Positions 46,398 to 54,365 are shown, numbered from the stretch's first letter. The stretch: DNA of 64,000 bases from Betaproteobacteria bacterium (GCA_016210745.1 JACQTO010000108.1:9563-73562), one strand, 5' to 3'. Program-made: numbers and translations. Notes: generated by a model not told the origin, from the letters alone.

Positions 46398-48137
46398 CTA
46401 AAGCACGAATGAGCGGGGAGGTTCTCCGGAGATCGCCCTCGCGTGCATGATTTCAAGCGCGCGCTCGAAATCGGCGACGAAGCGGCGCGTGTCGAAAAGC
46501 GGCGTGGTCAGGCGATTGCTCGCGAGGCGCGTGCGGATCTCGGCGAGCTTCGCCGGATTTCGCGCCAGATCGATCGCGAGCCGCTCGTATTCCGTGAGGT
46601 CGCGCACGACCAGATCTTCCAGGCCGAGCGCACTGACCAGACTCGCCGCGACCCTGGTGCCCAGGGTTTCGCCCGGACAGGTGAGGACCGGCAGCCCCGC
46701 CCAGAGGGCGTCGCTTGCGGTGGTGCCCGCGTTGATGATGCGCGTATCGAGAAACAGATCGGCCAGGCGATGGCGCGCCAAGTGCTCCTCCTTGGGCAGA
46801 GCCTTCGCGAAGACAAGGCGCCGGGAATCGACGCCAGCGCCTTCGGCCGCGCGGCACAGGTTCCCTTGCGCGAGCTGGCTCGATCGCATCAGCCACAGCA
46901 CCGAGCCGGGCACCGCCTGCAGCACGCGCATCCACGCTTCGAACATCGTTCGTTCGATCTTGTAGGCCTGATTGAAGCAGCAGAAGACGAATGCCTCGTT
47001 CGGCAGACCGGCCTCGCTGCGCGAGGGCGCCGCCTCCGCGATGCGCTGGGTCGCGTCGTTCACCTGATAGCAGTTCGGCAGCCATGCGATCGCCTCGGAG
47101 AATTGCCAGGCGATCGACTCCGGCAGCGCCACGCGATCGGCGATGAAATAATCGATAAAGTCCGCGCCCGTGGTGCCGGGATAACCGAGCCAGTTCACCT
47201 GCACCGGCGCGGGCCGCATGGCGAAGATTTCGCTGCGACTGCCGCCCGCGTATCCTGTCAAGTCGATCAGGATGTCGATCCCATCGCGCGCGATGCGCTC
47301 GGCGCTCGCCTCGAAGCGCTCGCCTTCGATGTCGGCGAAGCGCTCGACGCCGCCGACGATGCGCCGGCGAAACTCGCTGCCGTCGTCGTGCGCCCAAGAG
47401 TAGGCGCAGACCTCGAAGCGGCTGCGGTCGTGCAGCTCGAACATGCCCGCGGTCAGATGCGCCAGCGCGTGATTGCGGAAATCTCCCGAGGCGTAACCGA
47501 TCCGGATGCGGTCGTGATCGCGCGCGCGCCTGCCGCGCAAGCCGGCGATGCGCTCGCGCTCATGCGCCCACGCCGCCGCGAGCCGCCCCGCGTAATGCGC
47601 CGCAAGCCGCTTCCTGAATTCCGGCGCAAGCGGCAGCAATTGAGAAACAAAAGGCATGACCCGCTCGGCCCAGGCGGTCTCGGGCTTGGTGCGATGGAGT
47701 TCCTCCAGCTCCGCGGTAATCAGCTCGACTTCGCGCCACTGGCAGGCGTCCATGAGCGGCTTGACGACATTGACGCGCGTCTCGGGCGCATCGGGGGCCA
47801 GGCGCAGTGCCTCGAGGTAGTGCGCAACGGCAGCATCCACCTGTCCGTCGAAATGAAGCGTGTTGGCCAGATTGATCCGCGCCCCCGCATGCTTGGGGTC
47901 GATCGCAACCGCGTGCTGCAGGCGATCCAAGCCTTCCTCCAGGCGGCGCTGCTCGACCAGCACCATGCCCAGATTGGAACAGGCCGCCGCGTGGGAATCG
48001 TCGCGGGCCAGCGCATCGCGAAAGCGCTGCTCGGCCCCCTTGAGCTCGCCTGCCTGCCAGAGCCGGATGCCCTCTTCGTTGAGCGCGGCCGCGTCCGGCG
48101 AACGCCGAGCGAGGGAGCGCAGGAGTTGTCGCAGCAT
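46398..48137 (-). CDS. TPR-repeat protein fused to an O-GlcNAc-transferase-like (GT41/SPY) domain
   Basis: The N-terminus has TPR repeats and the C-terminal half is GT41-like (YASGDFRNHA..., FCCFNQAYKI, LDTRIINAGTTASDALWAGLPVLT). I chose the ATG at 48137; the longest ORF starts at GTG 48197. Confidence 0.8.
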   Translation of the reverse strand: MLRQLLRSLARRSPDAAALNEEGIRLWQAGELKGAEQRFRDALARDDSHAAACSNLGMVLVEQRRLEEGLDRLQHAVAIDPKHAGARINLANTLHFDGQVDAAVAHYLEALRLAPDAPETRVNVVKPLMDACQWREVELITAELEELHRTKPETAWAERVMPFVSQLLPLAPEFRKRLAAHYAGRLAAAWAHERERIAGLRGRRARDHDRIRIGYASGDFRNHALAHLTAGMFELHDRSRFEVCAYSWAHDDGSEFRRRIVGGVERFADIEGERFEASAERIARDGIDILIDLTGYAGGSRSEIFAMRPAPVQVNWLGYPGTTGADFIDYFIADRVALPESIAWQFSEAIAWLPNCYQVNDATQRIAEAAPSRSEAGLPNEAFVFCCFNQAYKIERTMFEAWMRVLQAVPGSVLWLMRSSQLAQGNLCRAAEGAGVDSRRLVFAKALPKEEHLARHRLADLFLDTRIINAGTTASDALWAGLPVLTCPGETLGTRVAASLVSALGLEDLVVRDLTEYERLAIDLARNPAKLAEIRTRLASNRLTTPLFDTRRFVADFERALEIMHARAISGEPPRSFVL

Positions 48138-48229
48138 GGCAGCCGATTCTACCGGAGGGCGGCGCTCAGTCGCGACGCGCCGACCGACACCCGGCACAAA
48201 GCGCGAAAATGCCGGCGGTGAGCGGTCCT

Positions 48230-49570
48230 TTAATGCCCCGCGACCGTCATCTTATCGATCAACACGGATCCGCACTCGCGCGCGCCGCGCACGAGCGTGT
48301 CGGTGCCCACGGCGACGATGCCGCGGAACATGTCGCGCAGGTTGCCGGCGATGGTGATCTCCTCGACCGGATAGCGGATCTCGCCGTCTTCGACCCAGAA
48401 GCCGGCCGCGCCGCGCGAGTAATCGCCGTTGACGGGGTTGATGCCTTGGCCCATCAGCTCGGTGACGAGCAGACCGCGGCCCATCAGCCGAATCAGGCCG
48501 GAAAGATCGTGCTCCCCCGGCGCGACGATGAGGTTGTGGCTTCCGCCTGCGTTGCCGGTCGATTTGAGCCCGAGCTTGCGTCCCGAATAGGTGGAGAGGA
48601 AGTAACCCTGCAGAACGCCGGCGCGCACCACGTCACGATCGCGGGTTGCGACGCCGTCGTCGTCGAAATAGGAACTCGCCATGCCGCGCGGAAGATGCGG
48701 GCGTTCGGCGATGTTCACGATCGGCGCGAACACCTGTTTGCCGAGACTGTCGAGCAGGAACGAAGACTTGCGGTACAAGGAGCCTCCGGACACGGCGGAG
48801 GTGAAATGCGACAGCAGGCCGTTGGCGGCCGGCGCTTCGAACAGCACCGGCACCGTGATCGTGTCGATCTTGCGGCTGCGCAGGCGCGAAAGCGCGCGCC
48901 GTCCGGCGTACTCGCCGATGGACTCCACGCTCGGCAATTCATCGGGGGAGCGCTTGGAAACAAACCAGTCGTCGCGCCACATGCCGTCGCCTTCACCTGC
49001 GATAACAGCGCAGGCGACGTAATGGCGCGAGCCGGGAAAGCCCCCCATGAATCCGAGGCTGTTGGCGAGCACGAACTGGTTCTGCTGGCAGGAGACGCTT
49101 GCGCCCTCGGAGTTCACCACGCGCTTATCCAGTCTGAATGCCGCGGCTTCGCACTCGCGCGCCATCTCGATGGCGCGCTCCACCGGCAGCTCCCACGGAT
49201 GGAACAGGTCGAGGTCGTGCACCTCGCGGCACAGCAGCTCGGGGTCCGCGAGTCCGGCGCAGTCGTCCGCGGCGGTGAAGCGCGCGATGGAAAGAGCGGC
49301 ATCCACGGTATCAGCGACCGCGCGCGGACTGAGGTCCGATGAACTCGCGTGGCCTTTTTTCGCGCCGATGTAGACGGTAACGCTCAGCCCCTTGTCGCGG
49401 TTGTACTCGATATTCTCGACTTCGCCCTTGCGCACGGAAACGGTCTGCCCGTAACCGTGCGAGGCCTCGGTTTCGCAGGCGTTGGCGCCTTTTTCGCGCG
49501 CTCGCTTGAGCACGTCGGCGGTGATTTCCTGCAGGGTCTCTATCGGCTGGGTGAAGCGGGCTTTGCCCAT
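48230..49570 (-). CDS. pmbA: Metalloprotease PmbA (TldE)
   Basis: It is collinear with E. coli PmbA blocks as I recall them (GEVENIEYNRDKGLSVTVY, SSSDLSPRAV). It is divergent from yjgA, as in enterobacteria. Confidence 0.92.
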   Translation of the reverse strand: MGKARFTQPIETLQEITADVLKRAREKGANACETEASHGYGQTVSVRKGEVENIEYNRDKGLSVTVYIGAKKGHASSSDLSPRAVADTVDAALSIARFTAADDCAGLADPELLCREVHDLDLFHPWELPVERAIEMARECEAAAFRLDKRVVNSEGASVSCQQNQFVLANSLGFMGGFPGSRHYVACAVIAGEGDGMWRDDWFVSKRSPDELPSVESIGEYAGRRALSRLRSRKIDTITVPVLFEAPAANGLLSHFTSAVSGGSLYRKSSFLLDSLGKQVFAPIVNIAERPHLPRGMASSYFDDDGVATRDRDVVRAGVLQGYFLSTYSGRKLGLKSTGNAGGSHNLIVAPGEHDLSGLIRLMGRGLLVTELMGQGINPVNGDYSRGAAGFWVEDGEIRYPVEEITIAGNLRDMFRGIVAVGTDTLVRGARECGSVLIDKMTVAGH

Positions 49571-49631
49571 GGCAGGTGCTTTCAAAAAGCGGCTATGATA
49601 CCAGCCCCGTCTCATTTACCCCTCCCATCCA

Positions 49632-50147
49632 ATGACCGAAGATTCCGCCCAGGCGCAGGACCGTCCCAGCAAGACGCAAACGAAAAAGCGCATGCATGAG
49701 CTGCAGGCGCTGGGCGAGCGTCTGGTGGAATTGAATCCCGAGCAGCTCGCGTCGGTCGGCCTGCCCGAAAAACTGCTCGATGCGGTGCTCGAGACGCGCC
49801 GCATCGGCGGCCGAGAATCGCGCCGGCGCCAGTTGCAGTACGTCGGCCGGCTGATGCGCGATGTCGATCCAGAGCAAATTCGCGAAAAACTGGCGGTCTG
49901 GGACGGCGTCTCGCGCGAGCACACCGCGCGCGTGCACCTGGTCGAACGCTGGCGCGAGCGCCTGCTCGAAGATGAAGCGGCGCTGGCAGAGTTGGCAGCC
50001 GCACACCCGGGAACCGACACGCAGCATCTGCGCAACCTGATCCGCAACGCACGCGCCGAGCGCGACGCAGGCAGACCGCCGAAGAGCTTTCGCGAACTGT
50101 TCCGCGCGTTGCGGGATATCCTCGGCGAAAAAATGGGGTCAGAGTAA
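49632..50147 (+). CDS. yjgA: Ribosome-associated protein YjgA (DUF615)
   Basis: SKTQTKKRMHELQALGERLVEL...LPEKLLDAVLE is the YjgA signature. The last five codons and the stop lie inside repeat R1 copy 4. Confidence 0.88.
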   Translation: MTEDSAQAQDRPSKTQTKKRMHELQALGERLVELNPEQLASVGLPEKLLDAVLETRRIGGRESRRRQLQYVGRLMRDVDPEQIREKLAVWDGVSREHTARVHLVERWRERLLEDEAALAELAAAHPGTDTQHLRNLIRNARAERDAGRPPKSFRELFRALRDILGEKMGSE

Positions 50148-50217
50148 CTTTTCCCATTTCCCGATACTCCAAAACGCCAGGCCGCCAACGGAAAAGTTAG
50201 TCTGAACCCATTTCTTC
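50127..50217. repeat. R1 palindromic element, copy 4 (right arm degenerate)
   Basis: The left arm GAAAAAATGGGGTCAGAGTAACTTTTC is at 50127-50153. The right arm GAAAAGTTAGTCTGAACCCATTTCTTC is at 50191-50217. Confidence 0.8.
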
Positions 50218-50234
50218 CTATACTTTCATCCATC

Positions 50235-50825
50235 ATGACAAACGAACTTCTCATCGGCCTGGTTTCGATCAGCGACCGGGCATCCGGCGGGGTGTACAAG
50301 GACGAGGGCATTCCCGCGCTGCAGGACTGGTTTTCGAAAGCGCTCGCCACGCCCTGGCGCATGGAGACGCGCCTCATCCCCGACGAGCAGGCATTGATCG
50401 AATCCACCTTGGTGGAACTGGTGGACTCGGCAGAGTGCCAGTTGGTGCTCACCACCGGCGGCACCGGCCCTGCGCCGCGCGACGTCACGCCCGAGGCGAC
50501 CCTCGCGGTCGCCGACAAGCCCATGCCCGGTTTCGGCGAACAGATGCGCCGCATCAGCCTGGAGTTCGTTCCCACCGCGATCCTGTCGCGCCAGGTGGCG
50601 GTCGTGCGCAAGCAATGCCTCATCATCAACCTGCCCGGCCAGCCCAAAGCCATCAAGGAAACGCTCGAAGGTCTCAAGGACAAAGACGGCAAGCAGATCG
50701 TGCCGGGCATTTTCGCCGCGGTGCCCTACTGCATCGACCTCATCGGCGGGCCCTACATCGAGACCCACGAACAAATCATCAAGGCATTTAGGCCCAAGTC
50801 GGCGATAAGACCGAAGCAGGCCTGA
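50235..50825 (+). CDS. mogA: Molybdopterin adenylyltransferase MogA
   Basis: Blocks are near identical to E. coli MogA (IGLVSISDRAS.GVY.D.GIPAL, LVLTTGGTGPA.RDVTP.ATLAVAD..MPGFGEQMR.ISL.FVPTAILSRQ). Confidence 0.95.
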   Translation: MTNELLIGLVSISDRASGGVYKDEGIPALQDWFSKALATPWRMETRLIPDEQALIESTLVELVDSAECQLVLTTGGTGPAPRDVTPEATLAVADKPMPGFGEQMRRISLEFVPTAILSRQVAVVRKQCLIINLPGQPKAIKETLEGLKDKDGKQIVPGIFAAVPYCIDLIGGPYIETHEQIIKAFRPKSAIRPKQA

Positions 50826-50947
50826 AGCGAGGCGAGAACTCCCTTGCTCTGAGCGCGCTAGCCGCTCGGCGAATGTTGCTTGCGCGGCAGCCGGCGCGCA
50901 CTAGCGCTATCATTCGCCGCCCTCCTTTTCTTTGCGCGAGATCGATC

Positions 50948-51691
50948 ATGACCCCAGTATCGGCTGCCGTGCGTTCGGACCTCGCCCCCACGGGCGCCTT
51001 GCGCGTCGGACTCAACCTTGCGAACTACCTTCTGGTCTCCAAGGACCCGGTGAGCGGAGAACTTCGCGGCGTGGCACTGGACCTCGCGCAGGAACTTGGC
51101 CGGCGCGCGGGCGTGGCGGTCGAGTTCGTCGGCTTCGATTCGCCGGGGAAGATGGCCGATGCCGCCAAGGACGGCGCATGGGACATCGGATTTCTGGCCG
51201 CCGAGCCTTCGCGTGGGGACATTTTCGAATTCACGCCGGCCTATCTGGAAGTGGAAGCGACGTATCTGGTGCCCGCGGGGTCTGCGCTTCGCACCATCGA
51301 CGAGGTGGACCGCGACGGAGTGCGCATCTGCGTGTACGAAAAGAGCGCCTACGATTTGTACCTGAGCCGCTCGATCAAGCGCGCCCAGTTGGTGCGGGCC
51401 GGCAGCATCGGCGCTTCTTACGAGCGCTTCGTCGCGGAAAAACTCGAGGCGCTCGCGGGACTGCGGCCGCGTCTGGTAGTGGACGCCGAGAAGCTGCCCG
51501 GAGCGCGGGTGCTAGAGGGGCGATTCACCGCGATCCAGCAGGCGATCTGCATTCCGAAGGGTCACGACGCGGCGGCCAGGTACCTGCGCGAATTCGTCGA
51601 GGACGTGAAGGCCACGGGGATGGTTGCTGAGGCAATCAGGCGCCACGGCGTGCGCGGCGTTACGGTTGCCGCGAAGGCTCCGATTCAATAG
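50948..51691 (+). CDS. Family-3 solute-binding-domain protein without an obvious signal peptide
   Basis: It has an SBP_bac_3-like pattern (LRVGLNLANYLLV...GVALDLAQELGRR). ATG at 50948 gives MTPVSAAVRSD, with no hydrophobic leader. Confidence 0.65.
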   Translation: MTPVSAAVRSDLAPTGALRVGLNLANYLLVSKDPVSGELRGVALDLAQELGRRAGVAVEFVGFDSPGKMADAAKDGAWDIGFLAAEPSRGDIFEFTPAYLEVEATYLVPAGSALRTIDEVDRDGVRICVYEKSAYDLYLSRSIKRAQLVRAGSIGASYERFVAEKLEALAGLRPRLVVDAEKLPGARVLEGRFTAIQQAICIPKGHDAAARYLREFVEDVKATGMVAEAIRRHGVRGVTVAAKAPIQ

Positions 51692-51701
51692 GCGGCGCGG
51701 A

Positions 51702-53231
51702 TTACTCAGCGCTGTCGCGCATCATCTTGCGGAAGCGCAGCAACTCGTAGTCGTCGCCGTGCTCGGCGGCGCCGGCGGGCAACAGCAGGAAGAGTCTACC
51801 CTCTGCCTGCATCTCGAGATTCTGTCCGGGAAGCACCACGCCCGCGGGCAGCAGAAGTTGCGCTTCGGCATCGGAGCCGCCGGCGAGCGGGTGCAGGAGA
51901 ATCCCCGTCTGCGCCTCGTCATGGCCGCCTTCGATTCTGAGCGGCACAACCTCCGCCGACTTGGCGAAGGTCTGCACGCCCACCGCGCCTCGCTGCGATG
52001 AATCGCGGTTGAAGCGGCGGATGACTCCGATCAGCCAGTTCTCGCCGCCTTCGGGCTGCAGCCCGATCAGCGCGCCGATCTTCAACCAGTCGCCCTTGAC
52101 CTGCGGCACCAGCGCGCCAAACCCACCCGCGCTGACGTTCTCCACCACCCAGTTTTCGATGCGGCTCTGGTCGAAATCGAGCGAGCTCGCGGAATCGAGC
52201 GCCGCGAGCACGCCGTCGAATCCGTGCGTCACCACCAGGCGCGATTTCACCGTGTGGCGCGCGAACTTGCGCTCCGGCGGTTTGGGCGACCAGACCATCG
52301 CCAGATGCTGGAGCACCGCGAGGACCACCTGCGGTTCGTAGGTCCCGCCGAGATTGAGGCTCGACGGTATGGCGTTGCTCGAGCGGATCGCCTGCATCAG
52401 CGCTTCGAGCTGCTCGCCGGCCTTGCCGGCGGCGAAAAAGCGCAGCGTCGGCGCGTGCTGCGGCGGACGCGCCAAGCGCAGCGGAGGCTCGCCGGCGGCC
52501 AGATCGATCCAGTAGGCGATGTCGGGCTGCTGCTCCAGCACCAGCGTGAACGAAGCGGAAAAATGGGCGATCGACCGTTCGGCGATCTCGATTTCTACCG
52601 GGGTCAATCCATCGGGCGAAGAAGCCGCCAGTACTACCGCCCTGAGGAACTCCTGTTCCGGTGAAGATTCGCCCGGAACGTTCGGATACACGGCGAGCCT
52701 GATGCGGGCAAAGTTCTTCTGTTCCGCAAGCGCGTAGATCTTCGCCACCATGGCCCACAGCGAGTTATCGAACGGACCGTAACGCAGATATTGCCATTTC
52801 ATTTGGGCCGCGAGCGCCCGCAGCGCGCGCACCGACAGCAGCGGCGCCGCGCTCTTGAGCGCGTCGGTGCCCTTGGCCCCGCTTGCATACGGCTCGATGC
52901 AGAACACCATTGCGAGTGCCGATTGCCTCCAGTACTCGTGGATCGCGACCCATAGACGGTTTTCCTGGAATTTCGGCAGACGCGGCGAGGAAAGGTATTC
53001 GCGCGAGAGTCTGCGCAAATGGATCTGGGCGGTTTCGTCGATCAATTGCACCAGCTGCGCGCGGTACTCCGGCTTGAATCCCTCTACCGCGCGCACCGAT
53101 TCGTGCCAGTGCGCGAGCTCATCGAGTGCCTTGAATGAATCGTTGGCAGGCACCGCCTCGAGGATGTTGCGCGCCTCCTTGAGTTCAGCCAAGGGATGAT
53201 CGGGTTTGCTGCTGCGAAACAGATTCAGCAT
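51702..53231 (-). CDS. PilZ-domain protein with a large uncharacterised N-terminal domain
   Basis: ATG at 53231 gives MLNLFRSSKPDHP. The C-terminal PilZ motifs are RKFAR and, about 45 residues downstream, ENVSAGGFG. The longer ORF (to 53741) only reads through repeat R2-G. Confidence 0.7.
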   Translation of the reverse strand: MLNLFRSSKPDHPLAELKEARNILEAVPANDSFKALDELAHWHESVRAVEGFKPEYRAQLVQLIDETAQIHLRRLSREYLSSPRLPKFQENRLWVAIHEYWRQSALAMVFCIEPYASGAKGTDALKSAAPLLSVRALRALAAQMKWQYLRYGPFDNSLWAMVAKIYALAEQKNFARIRLAVYPNVPGESSPEQEFLRAVVLAASSPDGLTPVEIEIAERSIAHFSASFTLVLEQQPDIAYWIDLAAGEPPLRLARPPQHAPTLRFFAAGKAGEQLEALMQAIRSSNAIPSSLNLGGTYEPQVVLAVLQHLAMVWSPKPPERKFARHTVKSRLVVTHGFDGVLAALDSASSLDFDQSRIENWVVENVSAGGFGALVPQVKGDWLKIGALIGLQPEGGENWLIGVIRRFNRDSSQRGAVGVQTFAKSAEVVPLRIEGGHDEAQTGILLHPLAGGSDAEAQLLLPAGVVLPGQNLEMQAEGRLFLLLPAGAAEHGDDYELLRFRKMMRDSAE

Positions 53232-53306
53232 GAAATCTCCCCTCGATTCGGCAGTGCTGGAGATGCGGATCGCCGTATTTAGTTTAGCGCAAAATTCTGT
53301 CCTAAA

Positions 53307-53449
53307 CCGGACGAACCGGAACCAACAAAGTTGGTTTTGCCGTTTATCAATCTCCCCCTTTTCGTGCGGTTGCAAGCAACCGCACGAAAAGGGGGAGACG
53401 ACTTTAGAAATCAAATCTTCGCCAAATTTGTCAACAGCAAACTTGTGAG
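53307..53449 (+). repeat. R2 structured intergenic element, copy G
   Basis: A perfect 23-bp hairpin pairs 53351-53373 with 53376-53398 (TCTCCCCCTTTTCGTGCGGTTGC). The conserved flanks are present. Confidence 0.9.
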
Positions 53450-53640
53450 CGCCCAAGACACGCGCCGTATTACGCGAAGCACGTGCACGCATGGCCGCAT
53501 GCGCACTCGCGCCATGGGCATAATGCGTTTGATCCACGTCAATGGGGCAAGAGCGCCGCCGTGATTTCATATGCTCGCGGCTCAAGAAGCGGAGCCGCTG
53601 CGACGCAGTTGTACTTTCCTGCTCTACGCAAGGAGGCAAC

Positions 53641-54084
53641 ATGTTCAAGCATATCCTGGTACCCACCGACGGCTCCTCGCTCTCGCTCCAAGCCGCCAAA
53701 CGCGCAATCGCATTCGCGAAAGGATCGGGCGCCCGCATCACCGCGTTCTATGCCGGGCCACAGTACACGGTGCAGATCTATGGCGACTTCGTGCCGCCTG
53801 ATTTCGTCACGCCACAGGAGTTCGCCCGGCAATCCAAGCGCGTTGCCGACCGTTACCTCGAAGCGATCGCGAAGCTGGCCAAGACGGCGCGCGTGCGCTG
53901 TCAAACGCACTACGTCGTCAGCGCCTCGCCGTGGCAAGCGATCGTCAAGGCGGCCAAGGCGAAGAAATGCGATCTGATCTTCATGGCCTCGCACGGCCGC
54001 CGCGGCTTGAGCGGACTGCTGCTAGGCAGCGAGACGCAGAGGGTGCTCACGCACAGCAAGGTGCCGGTGCTGGTGCACCGTTAG
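53641..54084 (+). CDS. Universal stress protein (UspA family)
   Basis: It has an AGGAGG Shine-Dalgarno sequence, starts MFKHILVPTDGS, and has the C-terminal GSETQRVLTHSKVPVLV motif. Confidence 0.9.
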   Translation: MFKHILVPTDGSSLSLQAAKRAIAFAKGSGARITAFYAGPQYTVQIYGDFVPPDFVTPQEFARQSKRVADRYLEAIAKLAKTARVRCQTHYVVSASPWQAIVKAAKAKKCDLIFMASHGRRGLSGLLLGSETQRVLTHSKVPVLVHR

Positions 54085-54161
54085 AGCAGTCTGCGCGGTA
54101 ACGGGTGAGCCTCAACGTCTCAAATTCTCATCCGCCACTGCGGACGGTCAATTCCGGGGAA

Positions 54162-54365
54162 TTAGGTTTCGCGCGGCGTATCGAGTCGGCGGCCGAACAG
54201 CACCTTGGAGAGGACCTCCAGCGACGCTTGGGCCGCCGAGCGCACTTGGTGTGCCTCGGTCATCTGTTTGACCACGGCACGCATGCAAGCGCTCATCTGA
54301 CCGAGGATCATGACCACGAAGCCAAGTCGTGCGCATCGATGGGACAACGCCACTTCGACTGCCAA
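54162..54365 (-). CDS. Possible small hypothetical protein (weak call)
   Basis: The only support is a codon third-position G/C bias of about three quarters, counted by hand, in this frame. There is no recognisable motif and the start is uncertain (TTG 54365 or ATG 54311). Confidence 0.2.
   Translation of the reverse strand: MAVEVALSHRCARLGFVVMILGQMSACMRAVVKQMTEAHQVRSAAQASLEVLSKVLFGRRLDTPRET

Noticed and set aside
6188-53449. Could the repeated hairpin units (R2) be CRISPR repeats or a degenerate array?
   Set aside because: The copies are dispersed singly over 47 kb in separate intergenic regions rather than regularly spaced. Each unit is about 140 nt with unique conserved flanks. No cas genes are present.
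53405-53449. Is there an outward promoter inside R2, with TTGACA/TTGGCA/TTGACC near the distal end and TAAAGT/TAAATT further in?
   Set aside because: The spacing between the -35-like and -10-like hexamers is about 22 nt in all copies. The -35-like hexamer is not conserved (it is TTGCCG in copy D). No sigma-54 GG-N10-GC pattern fits. A promoter cannot be supported from sequence alone.
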